Positions 1 through 9,660 of a stretch of 64,000 bases of DNA are shown one piece after another. Below the pieces are notes generated by a model that saw only the letters and a program-made list of their open reading frames with translations, did not search any database and was not told the DNA's origin. The translations under genes and the position numbers were made by a program. Position 1 is the first letter of the stretch; the number at the start of each line of letters is the position of its first letter. The DNA lies in the NCBI GenBank assembly GCA_963837465.1, contig CAWINB010000001.1, forward strand, positions 139,915 through 203,914, written 5' to 3'. The DNA comes from Candidatus Doudnabacteria bacterium (lineage in GTDB: Bacteria > Patescibacteriota > Doudnabacteria > UBA920).

Positions 1-2
1 TG

Positions 3-635
3 ATGGGCATGATTTTCACCACTAAATTTTTGGACGGGCTGGACGGTCTTTGCGCCGGGGTGGCCTTTATCGGCGGTCTGACCATGTTCGCGCTGTCGCT
101 GGGGCCAAAAATCAACCAGCCCGAAACGGCCAGCATCGCCATAATTTTCAGCGGGGCGATATTGGGCTATTTAATTTACGCTTTTTATCCGGCCACTATT
201 TTTTTGGGCGAAGGCGGCAGTACTTTTTTGGGGTTTATGCTGGCCGTGCTGTCCATAATTTTAGGCGCCAAAATCGCCACCGCGCTTTTGGTTATGGGCA
301 TCCCGATATTGGATGTCGCCTGGGTCATAACGCTCAGGCTTTGGTACCACAGAAGCCCCTTTAAAGGCGACCGCCAGCATTTGCATTTTAGGCTGCTGGA
401 TATCGGCCTTAGCCAAAGACAAACTGTGCTGGTTTTATACGCTATTTCCGCTGTTTTTGGGGTCACGGCCGTGTTTTTGCAAAGCAGAGGCAAGCTTATT
501 GCCCTGCTAATTTTGCTGGGCGTAATGCTGGCCATGGCCATAACCGTAGTAATCCTGTTCAAAAAACGCCATCCCCACATTCCGGATTTGTTTGATTATC
601 GTTTGTCCCAAAAAAATGATAAAACCGGACGTTGA
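3..635 (+). CDS. MraY/WecA-family (glycosyltransferase family 4) polyprenyl-phosphate sugar-1-P transferase, 5' end outside window
   Basis: DGLDGL, FLGEGG and DRQHLHFRL motifs; multiple TM helices. Confidence 0.85.
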   Translation: MGMIFTTKFLDGLDGLCAGVAFIGGLTMFALSLGPKINQPETASIAIIFSGAILGYLIYAFYPATIFLGEGGSTFLGFMLAVLSIILGAKIATALLVMGIPILDVAWVITLRLWYHRSPFKGDRQHLHFRLLDIGLSQRQTVLVLYAISAVFGVTAVFLQSRGKLIALLILLGVMLAMAITVVILFKKRHPHIPDLFDYRLSQKNDKTGR

Positions 636-660
636 CTAAATTGAGCATATTTGATAGAAT
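632..660 (+). promoter_or_regulatory. sigma70-type promoter upstream of rplU
   Basis: TTGACT-N17-TAGAAT. Confidence 0.6.
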
Positions 661-753
661 ATCAGGAGTTCGCTTAAATCTAATACATTTGTCCAGCAAA
701 AGATGCCAAATTAAAATTTTGGCTTCCAAGCAAAAACAAGGCCAAAATTTTAT

Positions 754-1041
754 ATGATAGCTATATTTGAATCCGGCGGAAAACAGTATCTGGTTTCCAA
801 AGGCGATAAAGTCCAGGTGGAAAAGCTGGAAGGCGAAGCCGGCAGTACTATTACTTTTGACAAAATTTTATTTTTTGACGGCACCATCGGCAAGCCTTAT
901 ATCAGCGGCGCCGCTGTTACAGCCAAAGTCCTAAAACAAGGCCGCGGCAAAAAAATCCACGTCCTGAAATACAAACCCAAAAGCAAATACCGCCGCAAAA
1001 TCGGCGCCAGACAGCACTTTACGGAAGTGGAGATTGCGTAA
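754..1041 (+). CDS. rplU: 50S ribosomal protein L21
   Basis: AIFESGGKQYLV start; KYKPKSKYRRKIGARQ motif. Confidence 0.97.
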   Translation: MIAIFESGGKQYLVSKGDKVQVEKLEGEAGSTITFDKILFFDGTIGKPYISGAAVTAKVLKQGRGKKIHVLKYKPKSKYRRKIGARQHFTEVEIA

Positions 1042-1043
1042 GC

Positions 1044-1077
1044 AAAAAAATCTCCGTCAACTGACGGAGATTTTTTT
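1044..1077. terminator. bidirectional intrinsic terminator
   Basis: A7-TCTCCGTCA-AC-TGACGGAGA-T7 between convergent genes. Confidence 0.85.
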
Positions 1078-1082
1078 ATGGA

Positions 1083-1244
1083 TTAAGCATGCTTTAATGT
1101 CAGCTGCCTGACATCTTTTTGCAGCTGGACAATGTCTTTGGCAACGGCATTGCTGTTTTCTTTGCCGCGTTTGTCAATCCTGTTAACTTTTTCTTCAATA
1201 TTAGCCGTCTTGAATTTCAAAAAAACAAGATCTTCCTTATGCGG
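1083..1244 (-). pseudogene. short coiled-coil ORF remnant without ATG downstream of recR
   Basis: open frame HKEDLVFLKFKTANIEEKVNRIDKRGKENSNAVAKDIVQLQKDVRQLTLKHA* read manually. Confidence 0.35.
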
Positions 1245-1247
1245 AAT

Positions 1248-1859
1248 TTAGTATTCCCTCCGCCCTTCCATCGCTCTCATTAAAGTAATGTCGTCCGCGT
1301 ATTCCAAGTCACCGCCCATAGGCAGGCCTCGGGCAATGCGGGTGATTTTTATTTCCGGGTTGGCGGATTTAATAAATTTTTGCAGGTGCATAGCGGTTGT
1401 TTCGCCTTCAAGGGACGGGTTCGTCGCGATAATGATCTCCATAATTCCTGATTCATAATTCCTGATTCTTTCCAGCAGACTTTCCACTTCCAAATTTTCC
1501 GGGCCAATCCCTTCCAGGGGATTGAGCACCCCGCCCAAAACGTGGAAAACGCCCTTAAACTGTCCGGACTTGTCTATGGCCTGGGCATCCAGCGGTTCTT
1601 CCACAACACAGACTATTGAATGGTCGCGTTTTGGATCGTTGCAGGTAGAACACGGATCAGCTTCGCCCATATTGTGGCAGACGGAACAAAAAACAATGCC
1701 GCTTTTTACCTGAGCCACCGCCTGGGACAGGTTCCCGATATCAATATCGTCTTTTTTCAGCAAATAAAAAGCCAGCCGCTGGGCGGTTTTTGGCCCAATG
1801 CCGGGAAGACGACTGAGCTCGTTGATTAATTTTTGGAGACTAGTTGGTAGTTTAGTCAT
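1248..1859 (-). CDS. recR: recombination mediator RecR
   Basis: LPGIGPKTAQRLAF HhH, C4 zinc finger, Toprim ATNPSLEGETTA, GGDLEYAD. Confidence 0.97.
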   Translation of the reverse strand: MTKLPTSLQKLINELSRLPGIGPKTAQRLAFYLLKKDDIDIGNLSQAVAQVKSGIVFCSVCHNMGEADPCSTCNDPKRDHSIVCVVEEPLDAQAIDKSGQFKGVFHVLGGVLNPLEGIGPENLEVESLLERIRNYESGIMEIIIATNPSLEGETTAMHLQKFIKSANPEIKITRIARGLPMGGDLEYADDITLMRAMEGRREY

Positions 1860-1967
1860 TGTTCTTTAAAATTTTGCAGTTTTAATTTCAAATTTCCAAT
1901 TCCAAATATCAGATAAAGTCCTGATTCCTAAATTCAGCATTTGTCATTCATTTGAAATTTGAAATTA

Positions 1968-3356
1968 CTACCCCTGTTCCTCCGCGTTCATGCTCCCCAT
2001 AACCGTCTGCGGCGAAACGTCAAAAGTTTTATCCAGATTTTTAAATGATGTCTTGTCCGCGTCAAAGAACAAATCAATCTGGCCGGTGGGGCCGTTTCTG
2101 TGTTTTTTAATATGAATTTCCGCTATGTGCGGGCGCTGGGCATCCTTGCCTTTATACATTTCTTCGCGGTAAATGAACATAACCACGTCCGCGTCCTGTT
2201 CAATGGAACCGGATTCGCGCAAGTCCGCCAGCTGGGGAACTTTATCCGGACGGTTTTCCACTCCGCGCGACAACTGCGACAAAGCCAAAACCGGCACGTT
2301 TAATTCGCGCGCCAAAAGTTTCAGGGCCCGGGAGATTTCGGAAACCTCCTGCACGCGGTTTTCCTGGTTGCGTCCTTCCATTAGCTGCAAGTAGTCCACG
2401 ACTATCAGCCCGATATTATGCTCGCTGTGAAGCCGCCGGGCTTTGGTGCGGATTTCCATAATGTTGCTGCCCGCAGCATCGTCTATAAAAATGGGGGACT
2501 CGGACAATTCTCCCATGGCCTGTCCGATTTTTTCAAAATCGTCGTCATTTAAATTTCCGGTGCGGATTTTCCACAAATTAACATCGCTTTGGGAACTCAA
2601 TAAACGGTCAACTAATTGATCTTTGCTCATTTCCAGAGAAAAAATTCCCACCGGCGCTTTTAAATTTACGGCCACGTGGCGCATAATATCCAGCGCCAGC
2701 GAAGTTTTGCCCATAGACGGCCGGGCGGCCAAAATCACCAAATCCGATTTCTGCAACCCCCCGAGCAAATTATCCAAATCCACGTAACCGGTGGGCAGGC
2801 CGCGCAGCTTGCCTTTTTCGCGATGCAATTCGTCTATCCTTTCAAACGTGCTGTGCAGAATATTGCTGATGGAAATAAAATTCTGCTTGAGGTGTTTTTG
2901 GGAAATGTTAAACAATTTTTGTTCGGCCTGGTCTAAAATATCTTCAATCTCTCCTGCCTCGCCAAAACCCAAGTTGGTAATTTCGCCGGAGGCTTGGATG
3001 AGTTTTCTTAAGGTTCCTTTTTTGCGCACTATAAAAGCGTAGTGGCTGATGTGGGCGGCGCTTGGCACGCCGCTGACCAGCTGGGTTAAGTAACTGGCTC
3101 CGCCGACTTTTTCCAGCGTTTTATGCTCTTCCAGCCAGTTGGTGACGGTTAAAATATCCACGGAGGTATTTTTTTCGTACAAAGCCAGGGCGGCATCAAA
3201 AATTTGGGTGTGCCTTGGGTCGTAAAAATCATCGGACCTTATAACGTCGCCGATTTTTATAAACGCGTCTTTATCCAGCATCAAACAGCCCAAAACCGAC
3301 ATTTCGGCTTCCAGGCTTTGGGGCGGAATTCTTTGGATTGAAGTATTGTCCGGCAT
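1968..3356 (-). CDS. dnaB: replicative DNA helicase
   Basis: AARPSMGKT Walker A, DYLQLM, LSQLSR, DLRESGSIEQDAD. Confidence 0.98.
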   Translation of the reverse strand: MPDNTSIQRIPPQSLEAEMSVLGCLMLDKDAFIKIGDVIRSDDFYDPRHTQIFDAALALYEKNTSVDILTVTNWLEEHKTLEKVGGASYLTQLVSGVPSAAHISHYAFIVRKKGTLRKLIQASGEITNLGFGEAGEIEDILDQAEQKLFNISQKHLKQNFISISNILHSTFERIDELHREKGKLRGLPTGYVDLDNLLGGLQKSDLVILAARPSMGKTSLALDIMRHVAVNLKAPVGIFSLEMSKDQLVDRLLSSQSDVNLWKIRTGNLNDDDFEKIGQAMGELSESPIFIDDAAGSNIMEIRTKARRLHSEHNIGLIVVDYLQLMEGRNQENRVQEVSEISRALKLLARELNVPVLALSQLSRGVENRPDKVPQLADLRESGSIEQDADVVMFIYREEMYKGKDAQRPHIAEIHIKKHRNGPTGQIDLFFDADKTSFKNLDKTFDVSPQTVMGSMNAEEQG

Positions 3357-3459
3357 ATATCGTCTTTGTATTATAGCTTGTTTTTGACTGCCGCGAAAGA
3401 TTAAAAATGCCCTGGTTTAGGGCATTTTGCGGGTTTGATGTGGAAGGACAGGGGATAGC

Positions 3460-4902
3460 TTAAGTTTTTATTATTTTACGGGTTTTCTGGCCCCCGGGCG
3501 TATCCATAATTTCGTAGCCCAGGTTTTGCGCTTGTTTCCTGAGTTCGTCGGCTTTTTTAAAATCTTTTTGTTCGCGGGCCTCCTGCCTTTGGCGGATTAA
3601 ATTTTTTATATCCCCGGGCAGTTCAATATCTTCGAAAATACTGGGCGAATCCGCCAAGTTAAAACCCAAAACCCGGTCCAGATTTTTTAAGATGGAATCC
3701 TGGGTATTTATATTAAGCTGTTTGTCGCCAACCGCTTCCCAAAGCAGCGCGGCCAAAGAGGGGATATTTAAATCATCGGCTAAAACCCCGGAAGCTTTAT
3801 CGGTATAATATTTCAGAAGCTCCTCCTGCGGCGGCTGGTTATCGCCGATGATTTTATGGGACTTAAGGATATTGTAGATTTTTTCCAGGGCCTTATAAGA
3901 AGCAATAAAGCTGTCCATTGTAAAATTCTGCCGGGCGCGATAGCCGCTCTGGCTGTATAAATGGCGCAAAACAATTCCGGCCAGCGGAACCTTGTCTTTT
4001 AAATCGCGGATGGTGTAAAAATTATTAAACCGTTTACCCATTCGCCCGCCATCCACCAAAATATGCTCGCTGTGCGTCCATTGGCGGACAAACTTCCCTT
4101 TGCCGAGCAGCCCCTGCGACTGCGCGATTTCGTTGGTATGGTGGGGGAATATCAAGTCCACTCCGCCGGTATGGATGTCCGTAACTTCGCCGCCGAACCC
4201 CATTTGGTTTATTGCCGAACATTCAATGTGCCAGCCCGGGCGCCCTCTGCCCAAAACCGGGTGCTCCCAAAAAATCTGTCCGTCGCTTTTTTCATCGCGC
4301 GCTTTCCACAAAGCAAAATCGCTGAGGTCGTCTTTGTCGTATTCGTCCACAGCTACCCGGGCGCCGACTTTTTTGCCCTCTATGAATTTTTGCCCCACCA
4401 GCTCGCCGTAGTCGCCAAAGTCCTTTTGGTATTTTTCAATGCTAAAGTAAGTGCTGCCGTCTTCGGCTTTGTAAGCGTATCCTTTGTCAATCAACCCCAC
4501 TACAAAATCCTGGATCCGCGGGATGACATCCGTTACCCGAATAAATTTTATTTCATCCTTTAAAACATTAACCTCAGCCAAATCATTTAAAAACTCTTTC
4601 AGATAAAAACCGGTAAATTCCCGCAAATCTTTTACGGTCGCGGAGGTCCCGTATTTGGCAACCGCCCCCTTAATGGTTTTATCGTCAACGTCAGTAATAT
4701 TCATTACCCAGCTGGGCTTATATCCCTGATGTTTTAAAGTCCGGTACAGAAAGTCGGCCGTAATGTAAGCCCGTAAATTGCCGATATGGGCGTAATTATA
4801 AACCGTCGGTCCGCAAGTATATAAATTTACTTTATTATCCTTAAGCGAATCAAACTGTTCATTTTTTTTTGTTAGAGTGTTATAAAGTTTTAACATAGAC
4901 AA
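3460..4902 (-). CDS. cysS: cysteine--tRNA ligase
   Basis: YTCGPTVY, HIGN, GRPGWHIEC, DLIFPHHTNE; KMSKS position reads RMGKR. Confidence 0.95.
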   Translation of the reverse strand: MSMLKLYNTLTKKNEQFDSLKDNKVNLYTCGPTVYNYAHIGNLRAYITADFLYRTLKHQGYKPSWVMNITDVDDKTIKGAVAKYGTSATVKDLREFTGFYLKEFLNDLAEVNVLKDEIKFIRVTDVIPRIQDFVVGLIDKGYAYKAEDGSTYFSIEKYQKDFGDYGELVGQKFIEGKKVGARVAVDEYDKDDLSDFALWKARDEKSDGQIFWEHPVLGRGRPGWHIECSAINQMGFGGEVTDIHTGGVDLIFPHHTNEIAQSQGLLGKGKFVRQWTHSEHILVDGGRMGKRFNNFYTIRDLKDKVPLAGIVLRHLYSQSGYRARQNFTMDSFIASYKALEKIYNILKSHKIIGDNQPPQEELLKYYTDKASGVLADDLNIPSLAALLWEAVGDKQLNINTQDSILKNLDRVLGFNLADSPSIFEDIELPGDIKNLIRQRQEAREQKDFKKADELRKQAQNLGYEIMDTPGGQKTRKIIKT

Positions 4903-5199
4903 ATTTTGGATGATAACTAAATTGGATGATTAATTGGCAGGGGAGTGAAAAATCAACGTTATTTCAATATATTCATCACGTCGCACAATGTATGTTCGGC
5001 GACTTCGTTGTAGTCTGATTACTGATAAATCCAGTTTTAACCCCAAACTAACAATTTAAGGCCTTTAACCGGAATTACTACCTTTTTATTTTACATCATT
5101 ATCTTTAAAACAAAAAGGGTTAAGCCTTATTTTAAATTTAAGCAGCTTAGCCTTTACTTACAGATACGCTGATTAAATACGTCCGCGCATCATTAAAAG

Positions 5200-6423
5200 T
5201 TATTTCGTTTCTCTAAGCTCCTTAACTATTTGTGGCAGAATTTTTACAAGGTAGTCCAGGTCGGCCTTGGTGCTGGCTTTGCCCAAACTAAACCTTATAC
5301 TGCTTTGCGCCTCTTGGCTTGTGCGGCCTATGGCTAAAAGCACGTGGGATGGGTCCAGGCTGCCTGTACTGCAGGCGCTGGCGGTTGAACAGGAAATGCC
5401 GTAAGCGTCCAGGTAAAGCATTAAGGCTTCGCCTTCCACGTTTTTGATTGTAAAATTAATATTGTTGGGCAGCCGTAAATTGCCGGCTTTAGATTTTAAT
5501 TCAGTGTTATCGGGACCATTTAAAAGTACATCCGGCACTTTCTGCTTTATTTTATTTATAAGATAGCAGGCTAATTCGTTAAGGCGAATATTCTCCGCGT
5601 CCTTATTTTTCTGAACCAACTCAAAAGCTTTGCTTAAGCCAACCGTTCCGGCCACATTTTGCGTGCCTGACCTTAAGCCCGATTCCTGGCCGCCGCCGTA
5701 AATTAGCGGTTTAATTTCAGTTCCCGATCGTAAGTACAAAAACCCCGTCTGTTTAGGGCCGTAAATTTTGCTGCCGTTTACGGACATTAAATCCACGCCA
5801 AGTTTTTCTACGTTAAGGTCCATAAACCCCGCGGCCTGGCAGGCATCGGTGTGGAAAAAAATTTTAGGCAGACCCTGGCTTAGCCTTTGGGCGTTTAGAT
5901 GTTTAAGCCATTTGCCGATTTCGGCTACGGGCTCAATAGCGCCGATTTCGTTATTGGCGAGCATTACCGAAACGAAAACAGTTTCCGGACGGACGGATTT
6001 TTTAAGCCCATCCAAATTTATAAATCCCCTGCCGTCAACTCCAATAAAAGTTGTTTCGCGGCCTTCCTGTTTTAGCGCGTTAAAAGAATTTATGACGCAG
6101 TGATGTTCAATGGCCGATGTTATAAAGCTCGCCGATGTTTTATGGCGGCGCGCCACGCCAAAAATTGCCAAATTTACGCTCTCGGTCCCGCCGGCGGTAA
6201 AAATAATTTCGGACGCTTTGGCATTTATTATGTCCGCGATGGTTTTTCTGGACGCGTCAATTGCCAGCTTTGCCTCCATCCCCTTTTGATAAAGCGCAAA
6301 CGGATTACCGAATTTTTCCGCCAAAAAAGGCGCCATGGCTTTTTTAACCGCCGGGACCAAATAAGTAGTCGCGGCGTGGTCCAGGTAAATATCTTTTTCC
6401 GATTTTTTTAGTTTGGGAAACAT
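5200..6423 (-). CDS. iscS: cysteine desulfurase (IscS/NifS family)
   Basis: YLDHAATT, HTDACQ, KIYGPK, SACS catalytic Cys. Confidence 0.92.
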   Translation of the reverse strand: MFPKLKKSEKDIYLDHAATTYLVPAVKKAMAPFLAEKFGNPFALYQKGMEAKLAIDASRKTIADIINAKASEIIFTAGGTESVNLAIFGVARRHKTSASFITSAIEHHCVINSFNALKQEGRETTFIGVDGRGFINLDGLKKSVRPETVFVSVMLANNEIGAIEPVAEIGKWLKHLNAQRLSQGLPKIFFHTDACQAAGFMDLNVEKLGVDLMSVNGSKIYGPKQTGFLYLRSGTEIKPLIYGGGQESGLRSGTQNVAGTVGLSKAFELVQKNKDAENIRLNELACYLINKIKQKVPDVLLNGPDNTELKSKAGNLRLPNNINFTIKNVEGEALMLYLDAYGISCSTASACSTGSLDPSHVLLAIGRTSQEAQSSIRFSLGKASTKADLDYLVKILPQIVKELRETK

Positions 6424-6471
6424 AGCGACATTATATATTAAAATACGCTCAAATCAAAAGCAAAGCCGCTT

Positions 6472-6631
6472 AGAGCCTGTTTAAAAATTCATTTTGGCCG
6501 CAATTTCAGGAATCCGGCCGCGAAAGCTTCATAAAAATTCACCGATACTTTGGCATCGCTTCATTTTCCTTCAGCTTTTTCGCTCGGATTCCTGAAATTT
6601 CGCTTCAAAAGCAATTTATTAAACAGGCTCT
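6472..6631. mobile_element. ~160 bp MITE-like element
   Basis: terminal inverted repeats AGAGCCTGTTTAA / TTAAACAGGCTCT and internal IR (TTTCAGGAATCCG / CGGATTCCTGAAA); no ORF. Confidence 0.7.
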
Positions 6632-6661
6632 GACGAAACAAAATCAGCGCCGCAAAAAAAG

Positions 6662-7087
6662 TCATCGCCTCGACTTTACAAACCCTGCCGCTTGCGCGGC
6701 CGTTTCCGTGCTAAAACACTGTTCCGGCTTTACTTTGGAGTAAAAAGCGCCCCCGGGAACGTGATAAATCTTTTTGCCCGAAGAAGCCGAAATATTGCCT
6801 TTTATTGGGCAATTATGGTCCGGAGCAGCGGATTTGGGGCTGGTTTTGGCCTTTGTACCGGTTCCCCGCGCCGGAGTTTGGTCGTTTTCCCTGGAAGTGT
6901 CGGGTAATGGCGCGACGTTTTGGTTTGTGGTATAATTAGCATATGTTTTTAAAACTGGCTCGGTGGATTTTTTATAATCCCCTGTCCCGAAACCAACCAA
7001 AAACACCAAAATAAAACTTACGCCAAGTACCAACTTATTTTTGTTCTCTTTTTGCGACAACCAGTCTTTTAAATTTTGATAATTCAT
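6662..7087 (-). CDS. membrane-anchored protein with C-terminal IKGN...YHVPG...F.TE..A..AGF domain (Ada-metal-binding-like / nuclease-associated)
   Basis: N-terminal TM helix, low-complexity linker, CPIKGNISASSGKKIYHVPGG motif. Confidence 0.65.
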   Translation of the reverse strand: MNYQNLKDWLSQKENKNKLVLGVSFILVFLVGFGTGDYKKSTEPVLKTYANYTTNQNVAPLPDTSRENDQTPARGTGTKAKTSPKSAAPDHNCPIKGNISASSGKKIYHVPGGAFYSKVKPEQCFSTETAAQAAGFVKSRR

Positions 7088-7174
7088 AGCTTGCTTAATT
7101 ATAGCAATAAAAAATTAATTCCGCAAGTTTAAGTAGTTTTAAGGGTTTGGTTATCTTAAACCCCTTTACTTTAT

Positions 7175-8542
7175 ATGCGTTACGCGTTTGTGTTGGGGAG
7201 GGTTTATACTTTGTCCGTTGCCGAACTGGCGGCTGTTTTGGAAGGCACGGACGTTTCTTTGGGCTTAACCGGCGAACCGGTTAAAATTTTGGAAGCTTCG
7301 GAAGAAATCCTGATCATCGAAGCTCAAAAACCTCTTAACGCCGAAAGGCTGCAAAAAAAACTGGGCGGCGTGATTAAAATTTTGGAAGTTGTGGATGTTA
7401 TAACCAAGCGCGAGCAGGACTCCATCAACTTCGCGCTTAAGCACTATTTTAAACCCGGCATTTTAAAGAAACATTTTTTCAAGGACTATAAAGGCAAGAC
7501 GCAGTTCGGCATCAGCGTTTACGTGCTGGATATGGATTTGCTAAAACGGCCGACTTTTGTACCTCCGGGCAAAGGGCAGCAAAACTCCCGCGGCTCATTT
7601 CCCCAATCTTTTAACTCGGTTTTCTCGGAGCCAAAAAGACTGGGTATGATGATAAAAAACGGCCTTACGGAAAGTGGTTTAAGCGTGCGCGTGGTTTTGC
7701 CGGAATTTAATTCCCTGTCGCTGGCTTCCGTAGTCGTAACCAAAAATTTATTGCTGCAAAAGGGCGCGGAAATTTGTATCTTAGCCGCCAAAGATAAAAT
7801 TTTTACGGCCAAGACTTTAACCGCGCAGGATTTTGAGGATTATGGACGCCGCGATTACCAAAGGCCGGCCAGGGATGAAAAACAGGGAATGATTCCGCCC
7901 AAGGTGGCGCAGATTATGCTTAACCTTTCGGGCTGTAAATCCGGCGAAACCATTTTGGATCCTTTCTGCGGCATTGGCACTCTGGTTCAGGAAGGTTTGC
8001 TGCTTGGTTTTAGGATGATAGGCAGCGACATCAATAAAACGGCCATAAAAGGCAGCGAGCAGAATTTGGAATGGTTCAGGAACCGCTATAAAGTCGCTCC
8101 GGGAAAATACGGTCTGGAAACCAGCGACGCCTGCAAAGTGGCGGAGCTGATAGAAAAATCCGGCCAAAAAATTAACGGTATTGTTACAGAGGGCACTTTG
8201 GGGCCTATTTATTCCCAATATCCAAAACCTGATGAAATTGCCAAAAACTTTAGGGATTTGGAAAGTTTGTATAAAAAAAGCTTTAAGGAATTCGCCAAAT
8301 TTCTGCCACAAAAAGCGCTGATTGTTATGTGTTTACCGGCCTATAAAAAAGGCCGCGAAGCTTATGAATACTTCCCCGGGCTTGACTTTGCCAAAGACTT
8401 AGGATATAATTTAGTGGATATTATTTCTCCGACGCTGGCTAAAAAGTTAAAGTTTTTACGGTTGACCGACAGGAAAACAGCAATCTACGATCGTAAAGAC
8501 CAGATAGTTGCGAGGGAAATAGTGATATTTGAAAAGAATTAA
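7175..8542 (+). CDS. SAM-dependent RNA methyltransferase (Trm11/UPF0020-like)
   Basis: GMIPPKVAQIM, ILDPFCGIGT SAM-binding motif. Confidence 0.75.
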   Translation: MRYAFVLGRVYTLSVAELAAVLEGTDVSLGLTGEPVKILEASEEILIIEAQKPLNAERLQKKLGGVIKILEVVDVITKREQDSINFALKHYFKPGILKKHFFKDYKGKTQFGISVYVLDMDLLKRPTFVPPGKGQQNSRGSFPQSFNSVFSEPKRLGMMIKNGLTESGLSVRVVLPEFNSLSLASVVVTKNLLLQKGAEICILAAKDKIFTAKTLTAQDFEDYGRRDYQRPARDEKQGMIPPKVAQIMLNLSGCKSGETILDPFCGIGTLVQEGLLLGFRMIGSDINKTAIKGSEQNLEWFRNRYKVAPGKYGLETSDACKVAELIEKSGQKINGIVTEGTLGPIYSQYPKPDEIAKNFRDLESLYKKSFKEFAKFLPQKALIVMCLPAYKKGREAYEYFPGLDFAKDLGYNLVDIISPTLAKKLKFLRLTDRKTAIYDRKDQIVAREIVIFEKN

Positions 8543-8610
8543 TAAAGCGTTTAGCGGTTAGTACTTAACGTCTAGACGTTAACTCCCTAAACGCTAATCC
8601 CTACACCCAT

Positions 8611-8892
8611 ATGGCTCATAAAAAAGCAGGCGGCAGTACAGCTTTAGGCCGCGATTCAGTATCAAAAAGATTAGGCGTTAAAATTTTTGGCAACCAGGCC
8701 GTAAAAAAAGGCCAGGTTATTGTGCGCCAAAAAGGCACCAAATACCACCCCGGCAAAAACGTCGACATTGGCGGCGACAGCACTTTATACTCCCTGGCCG
8801 ATGGCTTAGTGCATTTTCAAAACAAGATGATGAAAAAATTCCACGGGAATTTACGCAGGACACGGATTGTGAATGTGGTAGCCGCAAAGTAA
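8611..8892 (+). CDS. rpmA: 50S ribosomal protein L27
   Basis: [21 protein letters not shown]. Confidence 0.98.
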   Translation: MAHKKAGGSTALGRDSVSKRLGVKIFGNQAVKKGQVIVRQKGTKYHPGKNVDIGGDSTLYSLADGLVHFQNKMMKKFHGNLRRTRIVNVVAAK

Positions 8893-8912
8893 ACCGCATC
8901 AATAAAAATTTT

Positions 8913-8945
8913 AAAACCCCGCCCATATGGGCGGGGTTTATTTTT
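8913..8945. terminator. bidirectional intrinsic terminator
   Basis: AAAACCCCGCCC-ATAT-GGGCGGGGTTT hairpin. Confidence 0.8.
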
Positions 8946-9660
8946 CTATTAATTTAGATATCTTATCTCTCCATCTTCTAAGCTGAGCAAGTCGCATAGC
9001 ATCGTCTACAGGAGCTAAGACCTTTTTTAATTTATAATTCTTGGCCTTACCGGAGACCTGGCCTATGTCCACAAAATGAACTCTTTGCCCTGATTCAGAG
9101 CTCCCGTCCGATATTACAATATTCCCGGAGAACCTGGGGTTATGAAGAAAATTACCCAAAAAATATCTGGTATCGGAATATAAATCCGGAATTTTTCTAT
9201 CGGTTTCCCTTGCTTTTTTTATTATTTTTATACAGGCATTAACAAATTCTAGCAGCTCCGGGAGTAAGGTTGGATCACCATAAAGCTCTTGGTCACTTAA
9301 TGACTCTACCCTTTTACCCGAGATCGGCTTTTGGACTACGTAAGCCCGCGCGGGGTCAGATTCTTTATTCCTTGCTTTTATGAAACTGCTTTCTACGACA
9401 AATTTGCCGAAATCCGGATCGCCTTTATAAAATCGTAAAAAGCCTTAAGCTTCGGCATTTCTTTGTCATCCGCATATTCAGTGAGTCGATTTTCCTTTAA
9501 TATAATATCGACGTCCTTAGAAGTGCCACCCCTAACTTTAACTCCCAAAGAATAGACATCTGAGTCCTTCCCTGACTTTGCAAAAAGTTCAGAACTTTGG
9601 ATGTTAAAAGGTAACTTGTTTTCTGTCGGGTCTATTCCGCGATTTTTTTCGGGCGTAAAT
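8938..9660 (-). pseudogene. frameshifted kinase-like hypothetical gene, no clear start
   Basis: two long open frames joined by a shift near 9430; YVVQKPISG, GNIVI and VHFVD resemble kinase-fold motifs. Confidence 0.45.

Noticed and set aside
661-753. L21 leader RNA
   Set aside because: Weak pairing only; cannot match the Rfam model by eye.
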